DNA of 64,000 nucleotides from assembly GCA_013374855.1 (NCBI GenBank), contig CP055308.1, positions 597,310 to 661,309 on the forward strand, in the 5' to 3' direction. Within the stretch, counting starts at the first letter, position 1; each line of letters opens with the position of its first letter. The stretch is from Candidatus Woesebacteria bacterium (GTDB lineage: Bacteria > Patescibacteriota > Microgenomatia > UBA8517). The position numbers were made by a program, and so were the translations under genes. The notes under the pieces are model-generated. The model was not told where the DNA came from. It searched no databases and saw only the letters and a list, made by a program, of their open reading frames with translations. Below, piece after piece: positions 55,353 to 64,000 of this stretch.

Positions 55353-57164
55353 ATGAAGTTTTCTAATGTTGAGGTAGCAAGACTTTTGCGTGCTGTCTCA
55401 GCATCTTATCAACTCAAAGATCCTGAAAGATTACGCTTCAAGATAATTGCCTATGATAGAGCAGCGGGTGCAGTGGAGCATCTTTCAAGCGAGATTAAGG
55501 ATTTGTATGATGAAGGTAGGCTTGATGAAATCCCCGGTATTGGAAAATCTATAGCTTTGCACCTGACTGAATTGTTTAAGAAAGGTCGTTCCTCTCATTT
55601 TGATAAGGTAATGGAGGGTATTCCGAAACAGGTTTTTATTCTTATGGATTTGCCGGGAATTGGACCGAAAACTGCTCTAAAATTAGTCAAAGCGCTTCGT
55701 TTACACAAGGAAAAGGATCCGGTTTTAGCTTTGGAAAAAGCTGCCCAAGAAGGCAAAATTGCAAGAATTGAGGGTTTTGGAGAAGAAAGCCAAGCTGATA
55801 TTCTTCAGGCAATATCTCAATCTAGAATCCAGAAGAGGATGCTTCTTTCTTATGCTTCAGGAATCGCTGAAAGAGTAGTTCAATGGCTTAGAGGGGAACC
55901 TGCTGTTCTTAAAATTGAGGTGCTTGGCAGCTTAAGGAGGCAAGTGTCAACTGTAGGTGATATTGATATTGCTGTAGCGTCTGAGAAGCCAATTTTGGTT
56001 ATTGAAAGATTTATAAATTTTCCTCAAGCCGAAAGGATTATAGAAAAAGGGGAAAAAACTTCTTCTATTCTTCTGCTATCTAATGTGCAGGTGGATCTTA
56101 TGGTAACACATCCTTCCTCTTACGGGTCACTTTTACAGCACTTTACAGGGTCAAAACACCACAATATTGCTCTTCGTGAGTTTGCTTTAAAGAAAGGATA
56201 TAGTCTTTCTGAATATGGGATAAAAATAAAAGAAAAAGAATTTGTAAAACACTTTTCCGATGAAAAGTCGTTTTATAATTTTCTGGGACTTGATTATATT
56301 CCACCAGAGTTGAGAGAAGATGCAGGCGAAATTGAGGCTGCTTTGGAACACAAGATTCCTGCTTTGATTGATTTGTCTGATATAAAAGCTGATTTGCAAA
56401 TTCATTCTGACTTTGATACAGAAACTAGCCATGATTTGGGGGAGTCTTCGATGGAAGATTTGATTGTTCAAGCAAGTAAACTTGGTTATGAATATATCGC
56501 TTTTACTGATCATAATCCTTCAAGAAGCAGACATAGTAAAAATGAAATTTTTGAAATTATCAAGAGAAGAAGTGATAAAATTGCTACCTTAAACAATAAT
56601 CTTGTTAGGATAAAAAAAGAACAATTAAATTACTCTGAGGAGGATGCAAAAAATTTGGGAGTAAAAAAAGTGTTCAATAGTCTTGAGATTGACATTTTAC
56701 CAACCGGTGAGTTATCTATTCCAGAAGAAGCTTTGGAATTTTTAGATTTTGCTCTCGTTTCAATCCATTCTAGCTTCAGACAGCCTAGATCTGTGGTAAC
56801 CAAAAGATTACTCAAAGCTCTATCTTTTCCTAAGGTTAAAATTTTAGCTCATCCTACAGCCAGAAAAATAAATGCAAGAGAGGGAGTGGACGCTGACTGG
56901 ATAAAAGTTTTTGAGTTTTGCGTATCAAATAATAAATGGCTGGAAATAAACGCAGATCCAATGCGTCTTGACCTTCCCGATTTTCTGGTAAGGGAAGCAA
57001 AGAAAGCAGGTGTAAGGTTTACATTGGGAACAGATTCTCATCATTTAGAAGGACTTAATAATATGAGATGGGGAGTGTCGGTGGCAAGGCGTGGTTGGTT
57101 GGGGAAAAAGGATGTAGTTAATACTCTTTCTCTTTCTGGTTTCGAATCTGTTCTTGGTTTTTAA
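55353..57164 (+). CDS. polX: DNA polymerase X family protein with C-terminal PHP phosphoesterase domain (PolX)
   Basis: HhH motifs (EIPGIGKSIA, LPGIGPKTALKL), Pol-beta catalytic GSLRRQVSTVGDIDIAV, and C-terminal PHP (DLQIHSDFDTETSHD…FTDHN…). Confidence 0.8.
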   Translation: MKFSNVEVARLLRAVSASYQLKDPERLRFKIIAYDRAAGAVEHLSSEIKDLYDEGRLDEIPGIGKSIALHLTELFKKGRSSHFDKVMEGIPKQVFILMDLPGIGPKTALKLVKALRLHKEKDPVLALEKAAQEGKIARIEGFGEESQADILQAISQSRIQKRMLLSYASGIAERVVQWLRGEPAVLKIEVLGSLRRQVSTVGDIDIAVASEKPILVIERFINFPQAERIIEKGEKTSSILLLSNVQVDLMVTHPSSYGSLLQHFTGSKHHNIALREFALKKGYSLSEYGIKIKEKEFVKHFSDEKSFYNFLGLDYIPPELREDAGEIEAALEHKIPALIDLSDIKADLQIHSDFDTETSHDLGESSMEDLIVQASKLGYEYIAFTDHNPSRSRHSKNEIFEIIKRRSDKIATLNNNLVRIKKEQLNYSEEDAKNLGVKKVFNSLEIDILPTGELSIPEEALEFLDFALVSIHSSFRQPRSVVTKRLLKALSFPKVKILAHPTARKINAREGVDADWIKVFEFCVSNNKWLEINADPMRLDLPDFLVREAKKAGVRFTLGTDSHHLEGLNNMRWGVSVARRGWLGKKDVVNTLSLSGFESVLGF

Positions 57165-57223
57165 TCTTGCTTTTTTGATTCTTGGGATTATATAATTTGA
57201 AATAGGAAAGGTGGTGATGATAA

Positions 57224-57805
57224 ATGATTTACTTTTTAGTTGGAGTTTTGGCAGTATTTCTATTTTGGATGGTTTCTACTTACAACTTTTTTGTTTCCAC
57301 TAAAGCGAGAATTAAGGCTGCTATTCAAGAGATTGGCAATCAGCTTAAGAGGCAGGCAGATTTGATACCAAATCTTGAATCATCTGTTAAAGGTTATCTT
57401 TCCCACGAAAAGAAGATTTTTGAAGCCTTGACTGATGCTAGGAAGTCGGTGGAAAAGGCTGTAAAGTCTGGTAACTTACAGGAAATGGCTGATGCTGGGA
57501 GTAAGCTGGCAAGTATTCTGCCCCAGATTCAGGTGGTTGTAGAATCAAACCCAGAGATAAAAGGTTCTGAAGTAGTTTCTAAGCTTATGGATGAGCTAAG
57601 AGATACTGCTGATAAAATTATGTATGCAAGAAGACTGGTTATAGACTTAACGGCAGATTTTAATGTGAAGAGAGTTTCTTTTCCTTCTAACATAGTTGCT
57701 TTAATTTTTAGATTTGAGGAGCAACCAGGTCTTGCTACACCACTTGAAGGAGAACACGTAAGTGTTAAAGAGGGGGAACTCAAAACCCCAAAAGTTAATT
57801 TGTAA
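57224..57805 (+). CDS. lemA: LemA family membrane protein
   Basis: N-terminal TM, then YNFFVSTKARIKAAIQEIGNQLKRQADLIPNL (LemA signature). Confidence 0.8.
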   Translation: MIYFLVGVLAVFLFWMVSTYNFFVSTKARIKAAIQEIGNQLKRQADLIPNLESSVKGYLSHEKKIFEALTDARKSVEKAVKSGNLQEMADAGSKLASILPQIQVVVESNPEIKGSEVVSKLMDELRDTADKIMYARRLVIDLTADFNVKRVSFPSNIVALIFRFEEQPGLATPLEGEHVSVKEGELKTPKVNL

Positions 57806-57810
57806 AGCGT

Positions 57811-58737
57811 ATGCAGAATATTTATGAGGCAATGTCTGCCAATAAAAGAAAAGGCTTTTTGGTAGTTTTGTTTTTTGCAGTTTTTGTGGCTTTGGCTACT
57901 TATTTTATTACTTCTGCCATTTCTTACTATTGGGGATATGAGGCAGGAGGTTTGGGTGTTTTTGGCGTAGCTCTTATTGTTTCAGGAATTTCAACTTTTA
58001 TTGGCTATTATTTTTCAGATAGAATTATTTTGACTATATCTGGAGCAAGGCCAGCCGATAGAAATCGTGATTTTTTGTTTTATACAGTAGCTGAAAATTT
58101 GGCTTTAGCTGCAGGCCTTCCAAAACCAAAGCTTTATGTTATAGAGGATAGTGCTCCTAATGCTTTTGCTACGGGTAGAAACCCAGAGAATGCTGTAATT
58201 TGTGCAACAACCGGTCTTTTGCAAAAACTAGATAGAACCGAGCTTGAAGGGGTAATTGCTCATGAGCTTTCCCATATAAAAAATTATGATACCTTGCTTA
58301 TGAGTGTTGTTTCTGTTATGGTGGGTTCTATTTCTTTGCTTGCCGACTTGTTTTTGAGGGGCGCTTTTCAGGCAAGGAGTGAGAGGAGTGAAAGAGGAGG
58401 TTTTCAATCATTGATAGTTATTTTGGGAATCTTATTTGCTTTAATATCTCCTTTTATAGCACAACTCATTAAGCTTGCTATTTCAAGAAGAAGGGAGTTT
58501 TTAGCAGACGCTTCGGGTGTTGCTATTACTAAGCAACCATCAGGTCTTATTTCCGCTTTGGAAAAAATAGCATCAGATCACGAACCACTTGAAGCTGCTA
58601 ATAAGGCTACTGCCCATCTTTATATTGTCAATCCTTTTAAGGAAAGGTCGCATGGTGCAGTTGATTGGTTTGCTTCTCTTTTTAATACACACCCTCCTAT
58701 TCAGGAAAGAATTAAGGCTCTTAAACAGATGGCATAA
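57811..58737 (+). CDS. htpX: M48-family zinc metalloprotease HtpX
   Basis: HELSHIKNYDT (HExxH), four TM segments, downstream E…NTHPPIQERI. Confidence 0.85.
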   Translation: MQNIYEAMSANKRKGFLVVLFFAVFVALATYFITSAISYYWGYEAGGLGVFGVALIVSGISTFIGYYFSDRIILTISGARPADRNRDFLFYTVAENLALAAGLPKPKLYVIEDSAPNAFATGRNPENAVICATTGLLQKLDRTELEGVIAHELSHIKNYDTLLMSVVSVMVGSISLLADLFLRGAFQARSERSERGGFQSLIVILGILFALISPFIAQLIKLAISRRREFLADASGVAITKQPSGLISALEKIASDHEPLEAANKATAHLYIVNPFKERSHGAVDWFASLFNTHPPIQERIKALKQMA

Positions 58738-58783
58738 TTTAATCTTGTTATCTTGCTGTTTTTTATATATTATCATATAGATT

Positions 58784-59089
58784 ATGGCGAGCTTAACTAA
58801 TGAAGAAGTTGCTCATGTAGCAAAACTTTCTAATTTAAAACTAAATAAAGGAGAAATAGCTAAGTTTAGGAGGCAGCTTGCTTCTGTTATTGGGTTTGTT
58901 AAAAAACTTCAAGAAGTAAATACAGAAAATGTAGAACCTACAAGTCAAACTACAGGACTTGTTAATGTAATGAGAAAAGATGGAGTATGTCCCTCTTTTA
59001 AAATAGATGATGTTTTTTACTCAACAAATCAAAGGCTTAATAATTTTTTTGTAATAGAAAGGTTGCTTAAAGAAAGGGGGAAGAAGTGA
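58784..59089 (+). CDS. gatC: Glu-tRNA(Gln)/Asp-tRNA(Asn) amidotransferase subunit C
   Basis: LTNEEVAHVAKLSNLKLNKGEIAKFRRQLASVIGFVKKLQEVNTENVEPT. Confidence 0.8.
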   Translation: MASLTNEEVAHVAKLSNLKLNKGEIAKFRRQLASVIGFVKKLQEVNTENVEPTSQTTGLVNVMRKDGVCPSFKIDDVFYSTNQRLNNFFVIERLLKERGKK

Positions 59090-60495
59090 TGGAAGTTCCT
59101 CTAACAATTAAAGAAACACAAGAAGCTTTGAAGAAAAGGAAAATAAACTGTGTTGATCTTGTGGATTATTATTTAGATAGAATTGAAAAAAATGATGAAA
59201 AGATAAATTCTGTATTGACGGTATCTAAAGAAAAAGCTTACGAAAAGGCCAGGAAAAACGATAATCTTATAAAAGAATTGGGGGATAGAGCTTTTATAGA
59301 ATTCCCTTTAATTGGGGTTTGTGTAATTCACAAAGATATGTTTTTGACCAGAGGTATAAGAACAACAGCTGCCTCAAAAGTTTTAGAGGATTACATACCA
59401 TCTTATTCTGCAACAGTAGTTGACAGAATGGATAAAGCCGGGTGTATAACCTTAGGAAAAGCAAATCAGGATGCTTGGGCTCATGGATCATCAGGTGAAA
59501 ATTCCGATTTTGGACCAACCAAAAATCCTTGGAATTTAGAATATGTGCCGGGTGGTTCTTCTAGCGGTTCAGCTGCTGCACTTGCTTCTAATTTTTGTTT
59601 AGTGACTACAGGTACAGATACTTGTGGTTCGATAAGATTACCAGCTAATTATTGTGGAGTCTGTGGGTTGAAACCTACTTATGGATTGGTATCACGATAT
59701 GGGGTTATTGCTATGGCTTCTTCACTTGATAGTATGGGTCACTTTGCGAGAAATGTTGATGATGTTAAAAGAATACTTGAGGTGACTAAAGGGCCAGATG
59801 GCTATGACTCGACGGTTAGTTCTTGTTACAGGGAGTTTAGAGTGAAAGATTTTGTTAAGATTGGTGTGCCTAGAGAGTTTTTTGGGGAAGGATTAGAAGT
59901 TGAAGTTAGAAGGAGTATTGAGAAAGCAATTGAAACTTTTGAAAGAATGGGCCATCAAGTCGTTGAAGTTGGTTTGCCTCATACTGAATACGCCATTGCT
60001 GCATATTATATTATTCAGCCTGCAGAAGTCTCTTCAAATTTGGCCAGATATGATGGAATTAGATATGGTAGAGGAAGGGATTTTTTTGGAGACGAAGCCA
60101 AAAGGAGGATAATGCTTGGTTCTTATGTTTTATCATCTGGTTATTATGATGCGTATTATCTCAAAGCTATGAAAGTGAGATCTGTTATTATCAAAGAAGT
60201 TGAAGATGTTTTTGAGCAAGTTGATCTTCTTATTGCACCTGTTTCTCCAAGTCTGCCTTTTCAGTTGGGTGAAAAAACATCAGATCCTCTGAAGATGTAT
60301 CTTACTGATATTTATGCGGCTACAGCTAATTTGGCAGGGATTCCATCTTTGGCTATTCCTTCTGGTTTTTCTGATAACGGCTTGCCTTTGGGTTTTCAAT
60401 TGATGGGCCCTCGTTTTTCGGAAAATGTTATCTTCGATTTGGCAGAAAAATATCATAGAGAAATTAATTATAAACCATCAATAGCTGAGTTATGA
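59086..60495 (+). CDS. gatA: Glu-tRNA(Gln) amidotransferase subunit A (amidase signature)
   Basis: Amidase signature GGSSSGSAAALAS…TDTCGSIRLPA. Confidence 0.9.
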   Translation: MMEVPLTIKETQEALKKRKINCVDLVDYYLDRIEKNDEKINSVLTVSKEKAYEKARKNDNLIKELGDRAFIEFPLIGVCVIHKDMFLTRGIRTTAASKVLEDYIPSYSATVVDRMDKAGCITLGKANQDAWAHGSSGENSDFGPTKNPWNLEYVPGGSSSGSAAALASNFCLVTTGTDTCGSIRLPANYCGVCGLKPTYGLVSRYGVIAMASSLDSMGHFARNVDDVKRILEVTKGPDGYDSTVSSCYREFRVKDFVKIGVPREFFGEGLEVEVRRSIEKAIETFERMGHQVVEVGLPHTEYAIAAYYIIQPAEVSSNLARYDGIRYGRGRDFFGDEAKRRIMLGSYVLSSGYYDAYYLKAMKVRSVIIKEVEDVFEQVDLLIAPVSPSLPFQLGEKTSDPLKMYLTDIYAATANLAGIPSLAIPSGFSDNGLPLGFQLMGPRFSENVIFDLAEKYHREINYKPSIAEL

Positions 60496-61739
60496 CCAAT
60501 TATAGTTCTTTGCTTAGGAACAAAAACTTTATTTTTCTTTGGTCGTCTCAACTTTTGTCTCAATTATCTATTAACATAATGAACTTTCTCCTTTTAACTC
60601 GTCTTTTTTATTTAACTTCCTCAAGCATCGCTACCTCTTTTTTATGGGTTGCTTATTCTTTGCCGGCAATTCTTGTTGGTCCTGTAGCATCGGCTGTAGT
60701 TGATATATCAGATAGAAGAAAAATATTAATAACTACCAATTTTCTTCAGTTTTTGACTATTTTTATCTATTCTTTTATTTTTGAATATAAGGTTTTTCTT
60801 ATTTATGGAGTAGCTATGGCTTATTCTTTCTTAAATCAGTTTTATGTTCCCAGTGAATCTGCATCACTTCCATCGTTGGTTAGAAAAGAGGATTTAGCTG
60901 AAGCTAACGGCTTTTTTTTCTTAACTCAGCAATTTTCTTTGGTATTTGGATTTGGGGTAGCGGGTATTTTAAATCGTGTTTTGGGTTTTAGAAATGCTTT
61001 AATTTTATGCTCTATATTTCTTTTTTTAGCTTTTGTTTCTGTGAGTTTTCTGCCAAAGATGAAGTTTGGAAAGATAGAGTTTGAGAGATTTGATGAATTG
61101 TTGTTTACTTTCTTCCGTCGGATTAAAGATGGGTATGATTTTATAGTGGAAAAGCGAATTGTTCTTTTTCCTTTTTTGCTTTTACTTTCAATGCAAGTTG
61201 GTTTAGCTGTGCTTATGGTGAATATACCATTGTTTGCCAAAGATGTTTTGTCGATTCATTTGGATAAAGCGGGAGTTTTTGTGGTTGTTCCTGCTGGGAT
61301 AGGAGCAGCTATTGGAGCTTTTTTGATACCATACATTCTGAAAAAGAGAAAAATTAGAAAAAAATTGGTAATACAATATTCTCTTTTTGGTGTTTCTTTT
61401 AGTCTTTTTTTAGTTTCTTTTCTTTTTACCTTTTTATCTGAGTTTTGGTTATTGTTCTTTTCCTTCTTGTTAATTATTGTTCTAGGGCTTTCTTTTGTAG
61501 GAGTGTTGATACCTACTCAAACTTTTTTGCAATCAGTAGTTCCAGGAGGATTGAGGGGTAGAATATTTGGAAATTTTTGGTTTTTGGTAACTGTTACTAC
61601 AATATTCCCTGTAATATTTTCAGGAACAATTAGTGAATTTCTGGGAATAAGGTTTTTAGTTTTAATTCTTGCGACTATTTGTTTTGCGGGTTATATTTTA
61701 TCTAAAAGAAAAGGTGATTACCTAATCAGTAATGGATAA
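60492..61739 (+). CDS. MFS-type transporter inserted between gatA and gatB
   Basis: 415 aa with 12 predicted TM helices and an MFS-like N-terminal half (…[24 protein letters not shown]…). It overlaps gatA by 4 nt (ATGA) and gatB by 8 nt. Confidence 0.55.
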   Translation: MTNYSSLLRNKNFIFLWSSQLLSQLSINIMNFLLLTRLFYLTSSSIATSFLWVAYSLPAILVGPVASAVVDISDRRKILITTNFLQFLTIFIYSFIFEYKVFLIYGVAMAYSFLNQFYVPSESASLPSLVRKEDLAEANGFFFLTQQFSLVFGFGVAGILNRVLGFRNALILCSIFLFLAFVSVSFLPKMKFGKIEFERFDELLFTFFRRIKDGYDFIVEKRIVLFPFLLLLSMQVGLAVLMVNIPLFAKDVLSIHLDKAGVFVVVPAGIGAAIGAFLIPYILKKRKIRKKLVIQYSLFGVSFSLFLVSFLFTFLSEFWLLFFSFLLIIVLGLSFVGVLIPTQTFLQSVVPGGLRGRIFGNFWFLVTVTTIFPVIFSGTISEFLGIRFLVLILATICFAGYILSKRKGDYLISNG

Positions 61740-63057
61740 TCTTATTCCTGTTATTGGTCTTGAGGTTCATATAGAACTTGCAACTGCAAGTAAAATGTTT
61801 TGTGGTTGTTCTGCCAATCACTTTGGCGAAAAGCCTAATATTCATGTGTGCCCAGTTTGCCTTGGTCTTCCGGGAGCTTTACCATATGTCAATAGAAAAG
61901 CTGTCTTTGACACAATTAAATTTGGATTATGTTTTGATTGCAAGATAAACTACTTGAGCAAATTTGACAGGAAGCATTATTTTTATCCAGATCTTCCCAA
62001 AGGTTATCAAATTAGTCAATATGATATACCTCTTTGCTATCAAGGAAAGTTTAGGCTTAAAAATGGTAAAGAGATAAAAATTAGAAGAGTTCATCTGGAG
62101 GAAGATACTGCAAAACTTTTGCATATGGAAGAAAGTGGGCAAGAAATTACGCTTCTTGATTTTAACAGAAGCGGAGTTCCTCTTATGGAAATGGTTACAG
62201 AACCCGATTTTAATGATGTTTCGCAGATTTCGGAATTTCTAAAAGAGGTACAACTTATTGTTCGATATTTGGGAATATCATCAGCTGATATGGAAAAAGG
62301 CTCTATGAGGCTTGAGGCAAATATTTCTTTGAAAAAGAAAATAGACCCTAGTGATTTTTTGCCGGATTACAAAGTTGAGCTTAAGAATATAAATTCGTTT
62401 AAGTTTCTTGAAAAAGCTGTTTCTTTTGAGATAGGAAGACAGGCTGAATTAATTAAAAGCGGGGTTGAACCTATTCAGGAGACACGGGGTTATAATGAGA
62501 AAAAAGGAATCACCTTTTCTCAAAGAACAAAAGAGGAAGCCCAAGACTATCGTTATTTTCCAGAGCCAGATATTCCTCCATTAAAATTTGAAAAAGAAGA
62601 GATCGAGTTATTGAAAAAGGATTTACCGGAATTGCCTTTCCAAAAAAGAGAGAGATATAAGGAGCTGAATTTGCCTGAGCAATACATCGAAGTTTTAGTT
62701 TCTGATGTTTATATGTTTTCTTATTTTGAAGAGGCAGTTAGGCTAGGAAATCGCTTTGGAATTTCAGCCAAAAATATAGCAGACCTAATGGTTAATAAGA
62801 AGTTGCATAATAATTTTGAACAACCTGCTGGTATGGTTAGAAAAATTGTCCAATTAATGGATCGTGTTTACGCATCCTCCAGAGACACTAAAAGCGCTGT
62901 ATTAGAAGTTATAAAAGAGGAGCAAAAAGCTGTTTCTGATTATAAGAGTGGTAATGTAAAGGTTATGGGTTATCTTATTGGAAAGGTTCAGAAAAAGCTC
63001 AAAGGAAAAGGAGATATTAATCTTGTTACTCGGCTTTTGCAGGAAAACATAATTTAA
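61732..63057 (+). CDS. gatB: Glu-tRNA(Gln)/Asp-tRNA(Asn) amidotransferase subunit B
   Basis: [27 protein letters not shown]…[14 protein letters not shown]. Confidence 0.9.
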   Translation: MDNLIPVIGLEVHIELATASKMFCGCSANHFGEKPNIHVCPVCLGLPGALPYVNRKAVFDTIKFGLCFDCKINYLSKFDRKHYFYPDLPKGYQISQYDIPLCYQGKFRLKNGKEIKIRRVHLEEDTAKLLHMEESGQEITLLDFNRSGVPLMEMVTEPDFNDVSQISEFLKEVQLIVRYLGISSADMEKGSMRLEANISLKKKIDPSDFLPDYKVELKNINSFKFLEKAVSFEIGRQAELIKSGVEPIQETRGYNEKKGITFSQRTKEEAQDYRYFPEPDIPPLKFEKEEIELLKKDLPELPFQKRERYKELNLPEQYIEVLVSDVYMFSYFEEAVRLGNRFGISAKNIADLMVNKKLHNNFEQPAGMVRKIVQLMDRVYASSRDTKSAVLEVIKEEQKAVSDYKSGNVKVMGYLIGKVQKKLKGKGDINLVTRLLQENII

Positions 63058-63060
63058 TTT

Positions 63061-63789
63061 ATGGAAGGTAAAAAACATTCAGAAAGAATGCAGAATTGGT
63101 GGCGGGTATCACCTCTTCGCAGAAGGGGGGTAGAAAGATTGAGAGAAAAAATAAAAAAATTAGAAGAAGAAGTAGAAGAACTAAAAGATCAGATTGGTAG
63201 AGATCCACTTACAGGCCTTCTTAATAGAAGAGGGTTAGATGATTTATTGCAGAGATATATAGAAATTTGGAAGAGAAATGATAAGCTTTCACTTTATGTT
63301 TTCCTTATAGATATTGATAATTTTAAGCAACTTAATGATGTGTGTGGACATAAAAAGGGAGACGAGTTGTTAAAGACGGTAGCCTCATCTTGGCAAAATT
63401 CTTTAAGAGGTATGGATATAATTGCAATTGTTAAGGAGGAATATGGAAAAAGAGAGAACACTGTTGGAACTAAAGAATTTAAGAATGATGATGGTGTAGA
63501 TATAGGAAGAATTGGTGGGGATGAGTTTATGGTGCTGGCTTTTACCACTAATCCAGAGGTTCTTAAAGAAAGATTACAAGGTGTCTTTAATAAAGTTGTA
63601 GAGGAAGTTCCTGATGTTAGTTTGGATATACTACAAAAATTAGGGGTAAGTATAGGTTGGGCTAGAATAGGAGAGGCAGTGGAGAAAGAGGTAGAAGATT
63701 TACCTGCTAGTGAGCTGTTTTCGAAGGCTCTTAATCTAGCCGATCAAAGAATGTATGAAGAAAAAAGAAGGAAAAAAGCAGAAAGATAA
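63061..63789 (+). CDS. GGDEF-domain protein (putative diguanylate cyclase) with N-terminal coiled-coil, no sensor domain
   Basis: [12 protein letters not shown]…[24 protein letters not shown]…[11 protein letters not shown] ~25-aa insertion sits between the RGMD and GGDEF segments. Confidence 0.75.
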   Translation: MEGKKHSERMQNWWRVSPLRRRGVERLREKIKKLEEEVEELKDQIGRDPLTGLLNRRGLDDLLQRYIEIWKRNDKLSLYVFLIDIDNFKQLNDVCGHKKGDELLKTVASSWQNSLRGMDIIAIVKEEYGKRENTVGTKEFKNDDGVDIGRIGGDEFMVLAFTTNPEVLKERLQGVFNKVVEEVPDVSLDILQKLGVSIGWARIGEAVEKEVEDLPASELFSKALNLADQRMYEEKRRKKAER

Positions 63790-64000
63790 ATTTGTTCATC
63801 TTCATGTGCATACAGAATACTCTCTTCTTGACGGTCTAACAAGAATTAAGGATCTTGTTATAAAAGCTAAAGAATTTGGTATGGATTCGTTAGTAATTAG
63901 CGATCATGGAGTTTTGTATGGTGCTATAGAATTTTATAAGAAAGCAAAAGAAGCTGAGTTGAAACCAATAATAGGGATGGAGGCTTATATTACGGAAGAT
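63755..64000 (+). CDS. dnaE: DNA polymerase III alpha subunit, N-terminal PHP domain (3'-truncated by window end)
   Basis: …[51 protein letters not shown]… The in-frame ATG at 63755 overlaps the end of the GGDEF gene. Confidence 0.7.
   Translation, partial: MKKKEGKKQKDKFVHLHVHTEYSLLDGLTRIKDLVIKAKEFGMDSLVISDHGVLYGAIEFYKKAKEAELKPIIGMEAYITED

Noticed and set aside
1-64000. Searched for CRISPR arrays (regularly spaced 25-40-nt direct repeats), IS elements, transposases, integrases and rRNA genes.
   Set aside because: I found no repeat-spacer periodicity, no DDE/tyrosine-recombinase-like ORF and no rRNA-like conserved stretches. The only repetitive DNA is the Pro/Thr-linker micro-repeat inside the lipase gene.

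Overview
This is an AT-rich, densely coding 64-kb window, mostly on the + strand, from a small-genome bacterium whose gene content resembles Patescibacteria/CPR. The CPR-like signs are a compact division/cell-wall cluster with no mur ligases, GatCAB, many glycosyltransferases, and secreted lipase and nuclease for scavenging. The standard genetic code is in use, because TGA acts as a stop in the ATGA gene overlaps.

Contents in order:
- Envelope-glycan cluster 1 (1-9.2 kb): Wzy-like protein, GT-C, GT4/GT2 enzymes, manC-like gene and a polyprenyl-P sugar transferase, followed by a large DUF4012-like protein.
- recO, glyQS, then mraZ-rsmH-ftsL-ftsI-mraY-ftsW-murG-ftsQ-ftsA-ftsZ.
- ileS, a second SEDS gene, rplU, rpmA, an orphan parB, lepB (- strand), a CBS-less guaB-like gene (- strand) and tRNA-Val.
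- A ferric-reductase-like di-heme membrane protein, a secreted lipase with a Pro/Thr-rich linker, and a gene-poor 1.2-kb stretch.
- Envelope-glycan cluster 2 (35.6-45 kb): GT2, Wzx, methyltransferase, tandem GT4, GT2, Wzy-like protein, an Ig-repeat protein, tRNA-Thr, a GT-C-like membrane protein and an FNR-like reductase.
- A Ca2+ module (CaCA exchanger plus P-type ATPase), tRNA-Gly, a LysM protein, tRNA-Asp, and a thermonuclease with an Excalibur domain.
- A carotenoid operon: crtI-like desaturase (disrupted by two frameshifts), crtB and a fused lycopene-cyclase-domain protein.
- A Cys/Trp/Arg-rich orphan, PolX, LemA-HtpX, gatC-gatA-MFS-gatB, a GGDEF protein and the start of dnaE.

I found no CRISPR array, rRNA, transposase or integrase.

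Things most worth follow-up:
- The carotenoid operon with its doubly frameshifted desaturase, one frameshift lying in a G6 homopolymer.
- A 10-bp-periodic GTGG direct-repeat array just upstream of mraZ that looks like a MraZ operator.
- A recurring TATAAT-N6-ATG (leaderless) architecture.
- A NOX-like bis-heme membrane module and a separate FNR-like module.
- The Ca2+/LysM/nuclease segment bounded by tRNA genes.
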